A stretch of 64,000 nucleotides of DNA, taken from Negativicutes bacterium (GTDB lineage: Bacteria > Bacillota > Negativicutes > UBA1444). How positions within the stretch are numbered: position 1 is the first letter of the stretch; each line of letters begins with the position of its first letter. Below the pieces are notes generated by a model. It did no database searches. It worked only from the letters and a program-made list of their open reading frames with translations, and was not told the DNA's origin. Both the position numbers and the translations under genes were made by a program. The stretch spans positions 64,001 to 128,000 of the forward strand of contig CAXXIN010000016.1 of NCBI GenBank assembly GCA_963665275.2, in the 5' to 3' direction. Positions 30,316 through 39,743 of the stretch are shown here, in pieces.

Positions 30316-30402
30316 ACAAAAAATATTTAACAATATATGAAAAAGAGAACCTGAAGCTTATGGCAGCAGGCTCTCTTTTTTTGCAGTTACGGTGGAACCT
30401 TC

Positions 30403-32769
30403 TTACTGGAAGGATTGTTCTGTGCGGTCAATGATTTCGTCCTGGAGTTCGCGGCTGAGGTTGTGGAAGTGGTCACTATAACCTGCAACCCGTACAATCA
30501 GGTCCTTGTACTCGTCTGGGTGCTGTTGGGCGGCTAGTAGGGTGCTGCGGTCAATGACATTGAACTGAATGTGATGGCCGTCCAGGCTAAAATACGACCG
30601 GATGAGCGCGGCCATGTTTTCGAGCCCACGTTCGCCAGACACGACGGAGGGTGTGAATTTTTGATTTAGCAGTGTACCGCCGGTTTGCAAATGGTCCATT
30701 TTGGACGCCGACTTGATGACTGCGGTGGGGCCTTTGCGGTCTGCGCCTTTTTCCGGTGAGATTCCTTCTGATACCGGCTTCCCGGCGAGACGTCCATTGG
30801 GGCTGGCTCCCATAACCGAGCCGAAGTAAACGTGGCAAGTGGTCGGCAACATATCGATGCGATACTGTCCGCCCCGGCAATTGGGCCGCCCGGTGACTTC
30901 ATCATAATATGCCTGAAAAGCCTGGACCATGAGTGGGTCGGCATACGCATCGTCATTGCCGTACTTCGGCGTTTTTTCCTTAACGAGATTTCGAATGGTT
31001 TCACTGCCGAAGAAATTGGCGTCCATTGCTGCCAGCAATTCTTTCATGGTGAAGCGTTGTTTGTCAAAAATGTTGTATTTGATGGCCGCGAGACTGTCGG
31101 TGAGAGTGCCGATGCCCACTCCCTGAATATAACTGGTATTGTAACGGGCGCCGCCTGCATTGTAATCCTGTCCTTTGGCAATGCAATCCTCAACGACGAC
31201 AGACAGGAAAGGCACCGGCATTTGAGTGGCATATAGTTTTTCAATGATATTGTTGCCCTGCACCTTGATATCGACGAAGTGGTGCAGTTGCTTGCGGAAG
31301 GCGGCAAAGAGGTCTTCGTAGGATCCAAAGGTAGTGGCGGCGCCGGTATGTGGGCCGAGCTGGAGGCCGCTTGTTTTATCAAAACCGTCAGTAAGTGTGA
31401 GTTCGAAGATTTTGGGCAGGTTGAGATAACCGGTCAAAATGTATGCTTCAGTGCCAAACGCACCGGTTTCAACGCAGCCGCTGGCGCCGCCTTTACGAGC
31501 ATCCACGATGTTTTTGCCGGCGTTCAGCAGTTCCTGAACAATCGATTCGGTATTGTAAAATGCCGGTTGCCCCCAGCCCTTGCGAGAGATTTCGCACGCC
31601 TTGCGCAAAAAGGCATGGGGGTTCTTGCGGCTGAGCTGGACGTTGGAACTGGGTTGCAACAGAGTCAGCTCGTCCATAGTTTCTAAAATGAGATAAGAAA
31701 CCTCGTTGACTCCATCCGCGCCATCAGGAGTGATTCCGCCGGTATTGATGTTGGCGAAGTCGGTATAGGTGCTGCTTTCTTTTAGCGTGATGCCGACCTT
31801 GGGCGGAGCCGGTTGGTTGTTGAACTTGATCCAGAAGCATTCCAGAAGTTCTTTGGCCTGTTCCCGGCTTAGTGTCCCGGCAGCATACTCCTCTTGATAG
31901 AAGGGCGCCAGATGTTGATCCAGACGACCGGGGCTGAGTGCATCCCAGGGGTTGATTTCACTGGTGACGCCGAGATGAACAAACCAGTACATTTGCAGGG
32001 TCTGTTGAAAGGTCTGCGGTCGGTGCGCCGGAACGACATCACAGTTTGCAGCGATCTGTAGCAGTTCTGATCGGCGCGTCGGATCCGATTCGTTTGCAGC
32101 CAGTTGGCGAGCATGGTCCGCATTGCGTCGGCCATAGAGGATGATTGCCTCGCAGGCGATTTTCATCGCTTCCAATTGAATTTTGCGGGCATAGGCTTGT
32201 GGGTCCTGCAAGAAATCCAGTTTGTCGATTGCATTCTGAATATCAGTTTGAAAATCAAGAAACCCCTTGGTGTAAATCTTACCGTCAAGAACAGTGTGAC
32301 CAGGGCCTCGTTGCTCCATAAATTCGGTAAAAATACCGTTTTCATAACAGGCATGCCATTCAGGACTCATGTGTCGCAAAATCGATTGACGGATTGAGCG
32401 CTTTTCCCAATAAGGAATTACTTTTTCCAGATGAACCCGGGTTGCTTCCTCAGAGACTCGAAAATAGATTTTATCGCGTCGGTTCATCACGTCGAGATCT
32501 TCCGGTGTATGGCAGCATAGTTCGGGGAAAGAAGGGGCGCTTTGCGGCTGTTCACCTTTTTCACCGACGATTAGCTCACCTTTGCCAATCCAGAGGGTTT
32601 TGTTGGCTAAGACATGTTTGAAAGTCAGTGCGCGCAAGATGGGAGTCTCGACAGTGCCGGCGTATTTTTCATAGGCTTCTGTCACGAGCGCGGCGCGTTC
32701 AATACTGAGCTGGGGAATGGCGGTGAGGCTCTCTTGCCGGAGTAATTGAATACGTTCATTCATTTTCAT
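30403..32769 (-). CDS. hypD: Glycyl radical enzyme trans-4-hydroxy-L-proline dehydratase
   Basis: EFMEQRGPGHT, NNQPAPPKVGITLKESSTYTDFANIN, SGCVETG, LPTTCH, RVAGYS: the characteristic HypD sequence. Confidence 0.93.
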   Translation of the reverse strand: MKMNERIQLLRQESLTAIPQLSIERAALVTEAYEKYAGTVETPILRALTFKHVLANKTLWIGKGELIVGEKGEQPQSAPSFPELCCHTPEDLDVMNRRDKIYFRVSEEATRVHLEKVIPYWEKRSIRQSILRHMSPEWHACYENGIFTEFMEQRGPGHTVLDGKIYTKGFLDFQTDIQNAIDKLDFLQDPQAYARKIQLEAMKIACEAIILYGRRNADHARQLAANESDPTRRSELLQIAANCDVVPAHRPQTFQQTLQMYWFVHLGVTSEINPWDALSPGRLDQHLAPFYQEEYAAGTLSREQAKELLECFWIKFNNQPAPPKVGITLKESSTYTDFANINTGGITPDGADGVNEVSYLILETMDELTLLQPSSNVQLSRKNPHAFLRKACEISRKGWGQPAFYNTESIVQELLNAGKNIVDARKGGASGCVETGAFGTEAYILTGYLNLPKIFELTLTDGFDKTSGLQLGPHTGAATTFGSYEDLFAAFRKQLHHFVDIKVQGNNIIEKLYATQMPVPFLSVVVEDCIAKGQDYNAGGARYNTSYIQGVGIGTLTDSLAAIKYNIFDKQRFTMKELLAAMDANFFGSETIRNLVKEKTPKYGNDDAYADPLMVQAFQAYYDEVTGRPNCRGGQYRIDMLPTTCHVYFGSVMGASPNGRLAGKPVSEGISPEKGADRKGPTAVIKSASKMDHLQTGGTLLNQKFTPSVVSGERGLENMAALIRSYFSLDGHHIQFNVIDRSTLLAAQQHPDEYKDLIVRVAGYSDHFHNLSRELQDEIIDRTEQSFQ

Positions 32770-32780
32770 TCGTCCTTTCT

Positions 32781-33680
32781 TTATCCACCAATGCGGGTTT
32801 CCAGACCGGCATCGGTAAATTGGTGTTGAATGGCTTCCAGTCGTGCGGGAGACGGCGGGCATAATGATAAAGCAGTCGGTAGCCCAAGTTTTGCATATTT
32901 GCTGGCGCCGGTATTGTGATAAGGAAGCAGATTGACCCGAGTTATGCGAAGTGGCTTTATAAAGCACAGGATAGCGTTGATGTCCTCCATTGCGGCGTTA
33001 ATGCCTTCAATCAGGGGGAGACGCAGGTTGATTTCCGCGCCAGCTCTGGAAAGATACCGCAGGTTTTCAAGAATAAGGGCATTGTCGTGTCCTGTGTGAT
33101 GCTGGTGGCGTGCAGGTTCCATGAGCTTAAGATCATAAAGGAATAAGTCCGTATAGGGTAGTATACGTTCGAAAGAGTCTTGTGGAACGTAGCCGCAAGT
33201 GTCGATGGCGACGTGCAGTCCGCGAAGTTTGCATTTTGCGGCAAGTGCTTCCAGCGTATTAATGTGGCACATGGCTTCTCCACCGGAAAAAGTGACGCCG
33301 CCGCCTGATTGTTCATAAAAAATCTGATCCTTCAGTATTTCCACAAGCAGTTCTGATTCTGAAAGTGCCTGACCGGCGACTTCGCGGGCATTCGACAGAC
33401 AAAAGTCTACACATTCACCGCAACGGGAACATGAATTGCGGTCGGTGAACTGATGGACGAGTGAGGTGTTGATTGCTTGCCGGGGACAGTGACTGACGCA
33501 AGTGGCGCAACCGGTGCATTTTTCGTTGTCGACCATGAGGTCGGCGGTAAATCTCTGGCTCTCCGGGTTGTGGCACCAAGTGCAGTGAAGGGGACAGCCT
33601 TTGAAAAAAACGGTTGTCCGGATGCCTGGGCCATCGTGGATGGAGAATTTCTGTACGGATAAAACAAGCGGTGTGGTCAT
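32781..33680 (-). CDS. Glycyl-radical activating enzyme (radical SAM with ferredoxin insert)
   Basis: HDGPGIRTTVFFKGCPLHCTWCHNPES; two CxxCxxC ferredoxin motifs. Confidence 0.93.
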   Translation of the reverse strand: MTTPLVLSVQKFSIHDGPGIRTTVFFKGCPLHCTWCHNPESQRFTADLMVDNEKCTGCATCVSHCPRQAINTSLVHQFTDRNSCSRCGECVDFCLSNAREVAGQALSESELLVEILKDQIFYEQSGGGVTFSGGEAMCHINTLEALAAKCKLRGLHVAIDTCGYVPQDSFERILPYTDLFLYDLKLMEPARHQHHTGHDNALILENLRYLSRAGAEINLRLPLIEGINAAMEDINAILCFIKPLRITRVNLLPYHNTGASKYAKLGLPTALSLCPPSPARLEAIQHQFTDAGLETRIGG

Positions 33681-34252
33681 ACGCTGGGCCCCTTTGCTTG
33701 AAAAGGGTTGGGGTGACTTACAACCAGAATACGGACTATTTTGGCCGTGTAGTTGGCCCAGTTGTGAGGAGTGGTGGAGGGATAATGCGCTGAATCGCCA
33801 GGAAAAAGATCCTGTCTTTCGTTATCGATGAAAAGAGTCAGAACTCCTTCCAACACGTGGATGAACTCCTCACCTTCGTGCGCATAGGGTAAAATTTCCT
33901 CGTCACTGTTGATCGGCAACAGTTCAATGAATCGTGACAACAAGACTTTATTGTCTAGTTGATGTGTCAAGTGATAATGAATGGAGCGTGACGCATCGAC
34001 TTGAAAAACTTCCTTCTCGTAACTGCGCATAATGCGTCGGGCATTTTGACGCGGCTCTCGGAAAAAGTGGGAACGGTCGACTCCGAGCGCCTGCGCCACA
34101 GTGGTCAAAAGATCCGTGGCAATGTCGGTCAAACCGCGTTCCAGCTGAGATAAGTAACCTACCGATAGGCCTGTTAACTGACCGAGGTCTTTTAAAGTCA
34201 GTTTGTTTTGCAACCGCAAATCACGGATTTTTTGGCCGATTGTTTTTTGCAT
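33677..34252 (-). CDS. XRE-cupin transcriptional regulator
   Basis: HTH LSVGYLSQLERG plus cupin HEGEEFIHVLEG...PHNWAN. Confidence 0.9.
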   Translation of the reverse strand: MQKTIGQKIRDLRLQNKLTLKDLGQLTGLSVGYLSQLERGLTDIATDLLTTVAQALGVDRSHFFREPRQNARRIMRSYEKEVFQVDASRSIHYHLTHQLDNKVLLSRFIELLPINSDEEILPYAHEGEEFIHVLEGVLTLFIDNERQDLFPGDSAHYPSTTPHNWANYTAKIVRILVVSHPNPFQAKGPSV

Positions 34253-34320
34253 TAACCGTATCTCCTGTACACATTTTAATAATTATGGTTCTTATGACAA
34301 TTATATAACACCGATGTGAA

Positions 34321-34345
34321 AATATGAATAGAATAATTTCATATT
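34321..34345. promoter_or_regulatory. Palindromic operator overlapping the -35 of the hypD operon promoter
   Basis: AATATGAA-N9-TTCATATT; minus-strand TTCATA-17-TATAAT overlaps it. Confidence 0.55.
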
Positions 34346-34510
34346 GGTGAAATGGAGTTGACCCAACCAGACGAAAATTGAATGAAAATTATGGCAGAAT
34401 AAATAGAGGAAGGTAGCGTTTGAATAGCGAATACCAATACGTTTTAAGCCTTGCCGCCAAGAGGCGACATCGGCAGGAATCCAAATAATTCGGGGAGGCG
34501 GTATTGTCAA

Positions 34511-35350
34511 ATGAGTGAATGTGAGCTATTGGATTGCTTTTGTCAGGTGGCTGAGTTCATCCCCAAATTGATCAGTGGAAAAGTCGGTATGGTGGTCAGT
34601 AATCGCGAAAAATTGTTGGTTTCCTATTGTATCCCGGAACTTGCGGCACAGGCGCACCCGGGCGATCCGGTCAAACCGGGTTCGGGTTTGTACAAGGCCA
34701 TGGAGACCAAACAACGAATTGTCACTGAAATACCGAAAGAGCTTTATGGTTTCGCTTATGTTGCCATCAGTCTGCCGATCATCAGCAAAAGCGGCGAAGT
34801 AGTGGGAGCGGTGGTCATTCATGAATCGCTCGAACGGAAAGATACTCTTCAGCATACCGCAACTGGATTGGAGACCTCGGCAACATCTTTGGCAGCTTCT
34901 ATTGAGGCGATAATGAGTCAGGCGCAGGAACTGAACGGACAAGCCCGTTCCCTGACGGTACTGGCTGCCAGGACGGAGAAAGAGATGCTGGAAACCGATG
35001 CGGTTCTGGCTTTTATAAAGAAAGTCGCCGGACAGACCAACCTGCTGGGATTGAATGCTTCGATCGAAGCAGCCCGGGTAGGCGCTCAGGGACGGGGATT
35101 TGCGGTGGTCGCAGAGGAGGTCCGTAAACTGGCGGAGAACAGCGCGAATTCCGCCGTGCAGATAGCCGATATTCTGAAACGGATGAAAGCCTCCATTAAT
35201 GATGTTTCCTCTTCATCCGGCCAAATCGAGGGTGTGATCAGTCATCAGGCCGGAGTAATCGAGTCCATTTCCAGCCATAGTCGGGACTTGATGGAGCTTT
35301 CGCGCGAACTGAAGCACCTGGCAGGCACGCTTTACTCACAAGCCAATTAA
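34511..35350 (+). CDS. Soluble methyl-accepting chemotaxis protein
   Basis: [34 protein letters not shown]; no TM segments. Confidence 0.92.
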   Translation: MSECELLDCFCQVAEFIPKLISGKVGMVVSNREKLLVSYCIPELAAQAHPGDPVKPGSGLYKAMETKQRIVTEIPKELYGFAYVAISLPIISKSGEVVGAVVIHESLERKDTLQHTATGLETSATSLAASIEAIMSQAQELNGQARSLTVLAARTEKEMLETDAVLAFIKKVAGQTNLLGLNASIEAARVGAQGRGFAVVAEEVRKLAENSANSAVQIADILKRMKASINDVSSSSGQIEGVISHQAGVIESISSHSRDLMELSRELKHLAGTLYSQAN

Positions 35351-35409
35351 AATAAACAACTGAAGAATAATTGCTGATCCGTCGATTTAAGATATAGGTT
35401 GGATTATAT

Positions 35410-35988
35410 ATGGAGGCGGATGAGATGGTGCGAGGAAAATATTTTAAGGTACTATTGATTCTAATGTTGTTCATGGTAGCGATTTTCATTCCGATGCCGG
35501 TTATGGCTGATGGAATGCCGGCAGGGTCTGATGATAAACAAACGAATACTCCGGGAACGACGAACCGCCCAAACACCGCCTGGCCGCCGTCCGGGAGCGT
35601 GCCCAAGGGGAATTCGCCTGCGGACGCGTTTGCCGGAACTTGGTACGCCTTCGTCGATAACACGGCTTTTACCATTGTTATTGAGCAGGAAGGCCGGATC
35701 ATCAAAGGAGCGCATACGGCCGTATATGACTATGGGCGACGAGTGGACTCCAGTGTCGGCGGTGTTTCCATGGTGGGAACATTGGACGGAAACATTGCTT
35801 ACATGGAATGGAAGAGCGGCCTCAGCCCTGAAAACGGCAAAGCGACGCTTGAATATCTGGCAGGAAGGCCTGCGACTTTACACTGGAAAATTGTTGACGA
35901 ATTACCGAAAGCTGACGATGCCAACGGGGCGGCGCCGGTGGAGGTTTCTTACTTTTTGCCGCGCACGGCATATTTGATCCGCAAATAA
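35410..35988 (+). CDS. Secreted hypothetical protein (beta-barrel-like)
   Basis: Hydrophobic signal, Pro/Thr linker, FAGTWY...IEQEG..IKG pattern. Confidence 0.65.
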   Translation: MEADEMVRGKYFKVLLILMLFMVAIFIPMPVMADGMPAGSDDKQTNTPGTTNRPNTAWPPSGSVPKGNSPADAFAGTWYAFVDNTAFTIVIEQEGRIIKGAHTAVYDYGRRVDSSVGGVSMVGTLDGNIAYMEWKSGLSPENGKATLEYLAGRPATLHWKIVDELPKADDANGAAPVEVSYFLPRTAYLIRK

Positions 35989-36038
35989 TACCACCAGAGC
36001 AACTTCGAATATTTTTACAGAGGAGCTAGGGAAACGCA

Positions 36039-37964
36039 GTGCGATATGCGGGAAGAAAAATGCTAATTCCGGGATTGTTCTTTGCTTGGCTTTTGGGCGC
36101 ATCGGTTGCAGTGGCGGCATCTGCCGGAGAAAGTTACAACATTCCGGAAATCAAAGTTTTTCAACTGCAGGATCGCCAAGTGGTGGCGGTGGCAGTTGAA
36201 AATAGGATACCCGGCCAGGGCATCGAAGAGGTGCTGGGATACAGGATTGAGCCTAGTTTCAGCGAAAAAAGAAACGCTAACCATCTGGAAGTGGTTCTGT
36301 CCAATGTATCGCAGGGATCCTTTGAGTTGCCTGCAAGCGCTCCGCTCAAGTTCGAAAAACTGAGCGCGGAACAGGTCCGGTTTACGCTGAGTGGAGAGCA
36401 GGCTGCGAGAACAAGGATCACTACGGTGCAACGAAAAACGGTCAAAGGCCGCGACGGAATGATCCGTATGAGAACCTATCTAGTGTTCGATCTGCCGAAA
36501 GGAACGAAAACAAACGCTCCTACGGTAGTGTTGGACGCCGGACACGGCGGGGAAGATACAGGGGCTGTGAAGAGTTTTATCCGCGAAAAAGATATTAATC
36601 TTGATATTACGCTGCGCTCAGCACGTTTGTTTGAGGCACAGGGCTGGAATGTCATGCTGACCCGAAGTGAAGATATTGAACCGTCGCTGTTGGATCGGGC
36701 TGATGCTGCGAATATCGTGAGGGCTGATGTATTCATTTCGATTCACAACAATTCGCTGCCTGACGAAAAAATTCCGCGTAGTCGGGAGTTCGGCACAACT
36801 GTACTGTATAACTCTTCGGCATTGAAGCCTGCCTATGAATTGGCCGCTTTGGCGCAAAATGAAATCATCGGGGTGTTGGGGACGCAACGGGAAGTGATGC
36901 AGGATCGGCCTCGCTTGGTAGTGCTCAACTCAACGTGGGTGCCGGCGATATTAACGGAAGGCGTGATGCTGACCAATCCGGCGAATGCAAAGCTGGTGAT
37001 GGACCGTCTGCAACGGCAACGCATGGCCGAAGCCATTTTTAAAGCCACCGAGAATTGGCGTGGAATCAAGGTGCTATCTGCGACAAAAGCTATTTCGCAG
37101 CAGACGGCAACTGAGACGATGGTGATTGGCACGCAGACGCCGCCGGAAAATGCCAATAGCAGCGGAAATACCGCCAATCATGGTACGGTTGCGGCCAAAG
37201 ATGGATGGATTTACTATCTGAAAAAAGCGGAATCCTTATATGGTGAAAAAGAAGAAACCTTATGGCGTTTCCGGCCGGACCGATTTTTATCTGACCAGCT
37301 GGTTGCGGATGCCGAAGCTTGGGATATCAACCTGGACGGTGAGTGGCTTTATTACGTGAACTGGTCGGATGGACAAGCGATTTATCGCGCACGCCCTGAT
37401 GGATCGGAAGCGGTGCGCTTGGTGGAGGGTCCGGCTCAGCAAGTAAATATGGTTGGCGAAAATATCATATTTGTAAAGGATCGCCGGATTTACAGTATCA
37501 GACGAAACGGGGGAATGACCGTTCAGCTGATTGATGACGAGGCTGAAAATGTTGTTGCCGTCGGAGGGTGGATATATTATGCTAACGGCAGCGATGGATT
37601 CAAACCCTATCGGATCAAATCCGACGGTACGGGGCGGGCGAAAATTGTCAACGATGAAACCTTGTTCATGACGGTTGCGGGAGAGTGGATCTTTTACAGC
37701 AACCGGACTGATGAAGAAAAACTCTACCGCGTGAAAACTGATGGAACCCAACGAGGGAAAGTGTCGAACGACAAAGCAGGATATTTGAATGTGGACGGAC
37801 GATATGTGTATTATACGAATACTTCGCAAGGCAATGCGGTTTTTCGTATCCAGGCAGATGGCGGTGCACGGACTAAATTGACGGAGGGATCCGCTGCAAC
37901 CGGCCCGATCGGAATTGCCGGTAGAAAATTGTATTATCGTGGCCAATTTTCGGATTTGAACTAA
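36039..37964 (+). CDS. N-acetylmuramoyl-L-alanine amidase with C-terminal DUF5050-like beta-propeller
   Basis: VLDAGHGG, EKDINL, FISIHNN, ILTEG; repeated GWIYY.N.SDG..YRI..DG blades. Confidence 0.85.
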   Translation: MRYAGRKMLIPGLFFAWLLGASVAVAASAGESYNIPEIKVFQLQDRQVVAVAVENRIPGQGIEEVLGYRIEPSFSEKRNANHLEVVLSNVSQGSFELPASAPLKFEKLSAEQVRFTLSGEQAARTRITTVQRKTVKGRDGMIRMRTYLVFDLPKGTKTNAPTVVLDAGHGGEDTGAVKSFIREKDINLDITLRSARLFEAQGWNVMLTRSEDIEPSLLDRADAANIVRADVFISIHNNSLPDEKIPRSREFGTTVLYNSSALKPAYELAALAQNEIIGVLGTQREVMQDRPRLVVLNSTWVPAILTEGVMLTNPANAKLVMDRLQRQRMAEAIFKATENWRGIKVLSATKAISQQTATETMVIGTQTPPENANSSGNTANHGTVAAKDGWIYYLKKAESLYGEKEETLWRFRPDRFLSDQLVADAEAWDINLDGEWLYYVNWSDGQAIYRARPDGSEAVRLVEGPAQQVNMVGENIIFVKDRRIYSIRRNGGMTVQLIDDEAENVVAVGGWIYYANGSDGFKPYRIKSDGTGRAKIVNDETLFMTVAGEWIFYSNRTDEEKLYRVKTDGTQRGKVSNDKAGYLNVDGRYVYYTNTSQGNAVFRIQADGGARTKLTEGSAATGPIGIAGRKLYYRGQFSDLN

Positions 37965-38022
37965 GGAAAACTCGTCGCTTTATTCAGTTAAATTAATTAT
38001 GTGTTATCCAGTTCCATTTGGG

Positions 38023-38051
38023 TTGACATTACATGTTTCGAATGCTAAATT
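38023..38051 (+). promoter_or_regulatory. sigmaA promoter of the M-box leader
   Basis: TTGACA-17 bp-TAAATT with TG extension. Confidence 0.7.
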
Positions 38052-38069
38052 GAATGTGTAACCAGATAT

Positions 38070-38238
38070 GCTTTCTCTGTTAGGTGAGGCTCCTGCATGA
38101 ACACAGGCCACTGCCCGGAAACGTCGAAAGACGCCAAATGGGTAGAACAGGTATTACCGGCTTAAGGTTTTACTTAAGGTGGCTGAGGTTTCCACACGCT
38201 CTACGTTATGCAGTGCTAAAGCTCAACGAGTAGGGAAG
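38070..38238 (+). ncRNA. M-box (ykoK) Mg2+ riboswitch
   Basis: GTTAGGTGAGGCTCCTG...TGCCC..AAA.GTC.AAAGACGCCAA.TGGGT..AACAG...CAGTGCTAAAGCTC.ACG hallmark sequence; upstream of Mg2+ transporter genes. Confidence 0.93.
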
Positions 38239-38269
38239 GTCGTGCATAGATCAGATCCGTATGCATGCG

Positions 38270-38308
38270 AAGGCCTTCCGCTTTTCACGAGTGGAGAGGT
38301 CTTTTTTT
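38270..38308 (+). terminator. M-box expression-platform terminator
   Basis: AGGCCTTCCGCTT...GAGTGGAGAGGTCT-TTTTTT; upstream GGAAGGTC can pair with GGCCTTCC as antiterminator. Confidence 0.8.
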
Positions 38309-38344
38309 CTTTTTCTGAAAATAAGTTGGCAAGGAGGTGGTTTT

Positions 38345-38452
38345 ATGGATTCCGATGCTGGAGGCAGTCCTATAGGTTTGCGACGCAGGCACAATAACAG
38401 GCGGCGTTTCTGTTCGGCAAGGAGCGGAATCCGCCTGCATAAAAAGGGGTGA
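38345..38452 (+). CDS. Candidate Arg-rich uORF (35 aa)
   Basis: SD AAGGAGGTG; MDSDAGGSPIGLRRRHNNRRRFCSARSGIRLHKKG; stop overlaps the SD of the next gene. Confidence 0.4.
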   Translation: MDSDAGGSPIGLRRRHNNRRRFCSARSGIRLHKKG

Positions 38453-38456
38453 CATC

Positions 38457-39743
38457 ATGGTGAAATTAATTGGCGAATACTATTTCAGCCAATTTTTGGG
38501 CAAACCGATTTACGATGCCGCTGGCGATCGTATTGCCCAAATAAGGGATATGGCGGTTCGCTGGAACGGTGCATATCCAGAAGTCGTTGGCATAAAATAT
38601 GCAAAAAAATCTTCGTCGTTGATACCAATCCATTGGGTAAGCGAATGCAGTACCCAAGGAATTCATCTGGAACCTGGCTACGCAAGTGAAAAGGATATTT
38701 CACTTGCGGACAATGATATTTTTATTAGCAAGTGGCTTTTGGATAAACAAATCGTCGATTTAAAGGGCTCTAAACTGGTCCGGGTCAACGACGTTCGCCT
38801 AGTCTGGCTCGAACAGGAGCAATCCCGGCGCTTTGTAGTCCTCGCCGTGGATATTGGTATCCGGGGCCTATTGCGACGTCTTGGCCTGGAGTTTCTGGTG
38901 AAAAACCGCAAGGAAAACTTGCTTGGCTGGCAATATATGAAACCGCTGGAGCATTGGAACTCTCATCTGCAGGTGACACAGGTGAAGCCGCAACTCAAGG
39001 AACTTCACCCAGCCGACATCGCCGATTTGCTGGAAGACATGAGTTACAAACATCGTAGCGGCTTTATTCAGAGCCTGGATGCCCAGCAGGCAATCGAAGC
39101 GTTGTCTGAAATGGATCTCGAAACTCAGGTCGAAGTCATCCAACATATGGATGAAGAACGTGCTTCCGATATCTTGGAAGATATGCCGCCGGACGAAGCT
39201 GCGGATATCTTGGGTGAGTTGCCGGCGGAAAAATCAGAAGATCTGCTCAAACGAATGGAAGACGAAGATGCCGCCGAAGTCCGAGAGCTCATGCAATATG
39301 AGGAAGGCACCGCCGGTGCGCTCATGACCACCGAATATATTACTTTTTCTTCATCGATCACGGCCGAACAGGCTATCAATCAGCTTCGTGAACAGGCGCC
39401 TTCGGCTGAAACTATTTATTATCTCTATGTGATTGACGAAAAAGAGCATTTGCGTGGGGTCTTGTCGCTACGCGAACTGATTATCGCCGATCCTCGAACC
39501 ATCGTTAAAGACATTATGCATACGAAGATCTTCATGGTTTCAGATCACGATGACGACCAGCACGTTGCTGAGTTGATCAATAAATACGGGTTGTTGGCTG
39601 TACCCGTGGTTAACGAGGATGGCTTGATGCTGGGGATCATTACCGTCGATGATATTCTCGACACCGTGATGCCCGAGCGCGGCAAGATCGACACTTATTT
39701 CTCGTTCGCGGTTCGCAAACTGGCGGGTAGGCGGGTTTCATGA
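38457..39743 (+). CDS. Soluble PRC-barrel/MgtE_N/CBS protein (MgtE cytosolic region without TM domain)
   Basis: LHPADIADLLE, MPPDEAADIL, TAGALMTTEY, GIITVDDI; no membrane domain. Confidence 0.9.
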   Translation: MVKLIGEYYFSQFLGKPIYDAAGDRIAQIRDMAVRWNGAYPEVVGIKYAKKSSSLIPIHWVSECSTQGIHLEPGYASEKDISLADNDIFISKWLLDKQIVDLKGSKLVRVNDVRLVWLEQEQSRRFVVLAVDIGIRGLLRRLGLEFLVKNRKENLLGWQYMKPLEHWNSHLQVTQVKPQLKELHPADIADLLEDMSYKHRSGFIQSLDAQQAIEALSEMDLETQVEVIQHMDEERASDILEDMPPDEAADILGELPAEKSEDLLKRMEDEDAAEVRELMQYEEGTAGALMTTEYITFSSSITAEQAINQLREQAPSAETIYYLYVIDEKEHLRGVLSLRELIIADPRTIVKDIMHTKIFMVSDHDDDQHVAELINKYGLLAVPVVNEDGLMLGIITVDDILDTVMPERGKIDTYFSFAVRKLAGRRVS

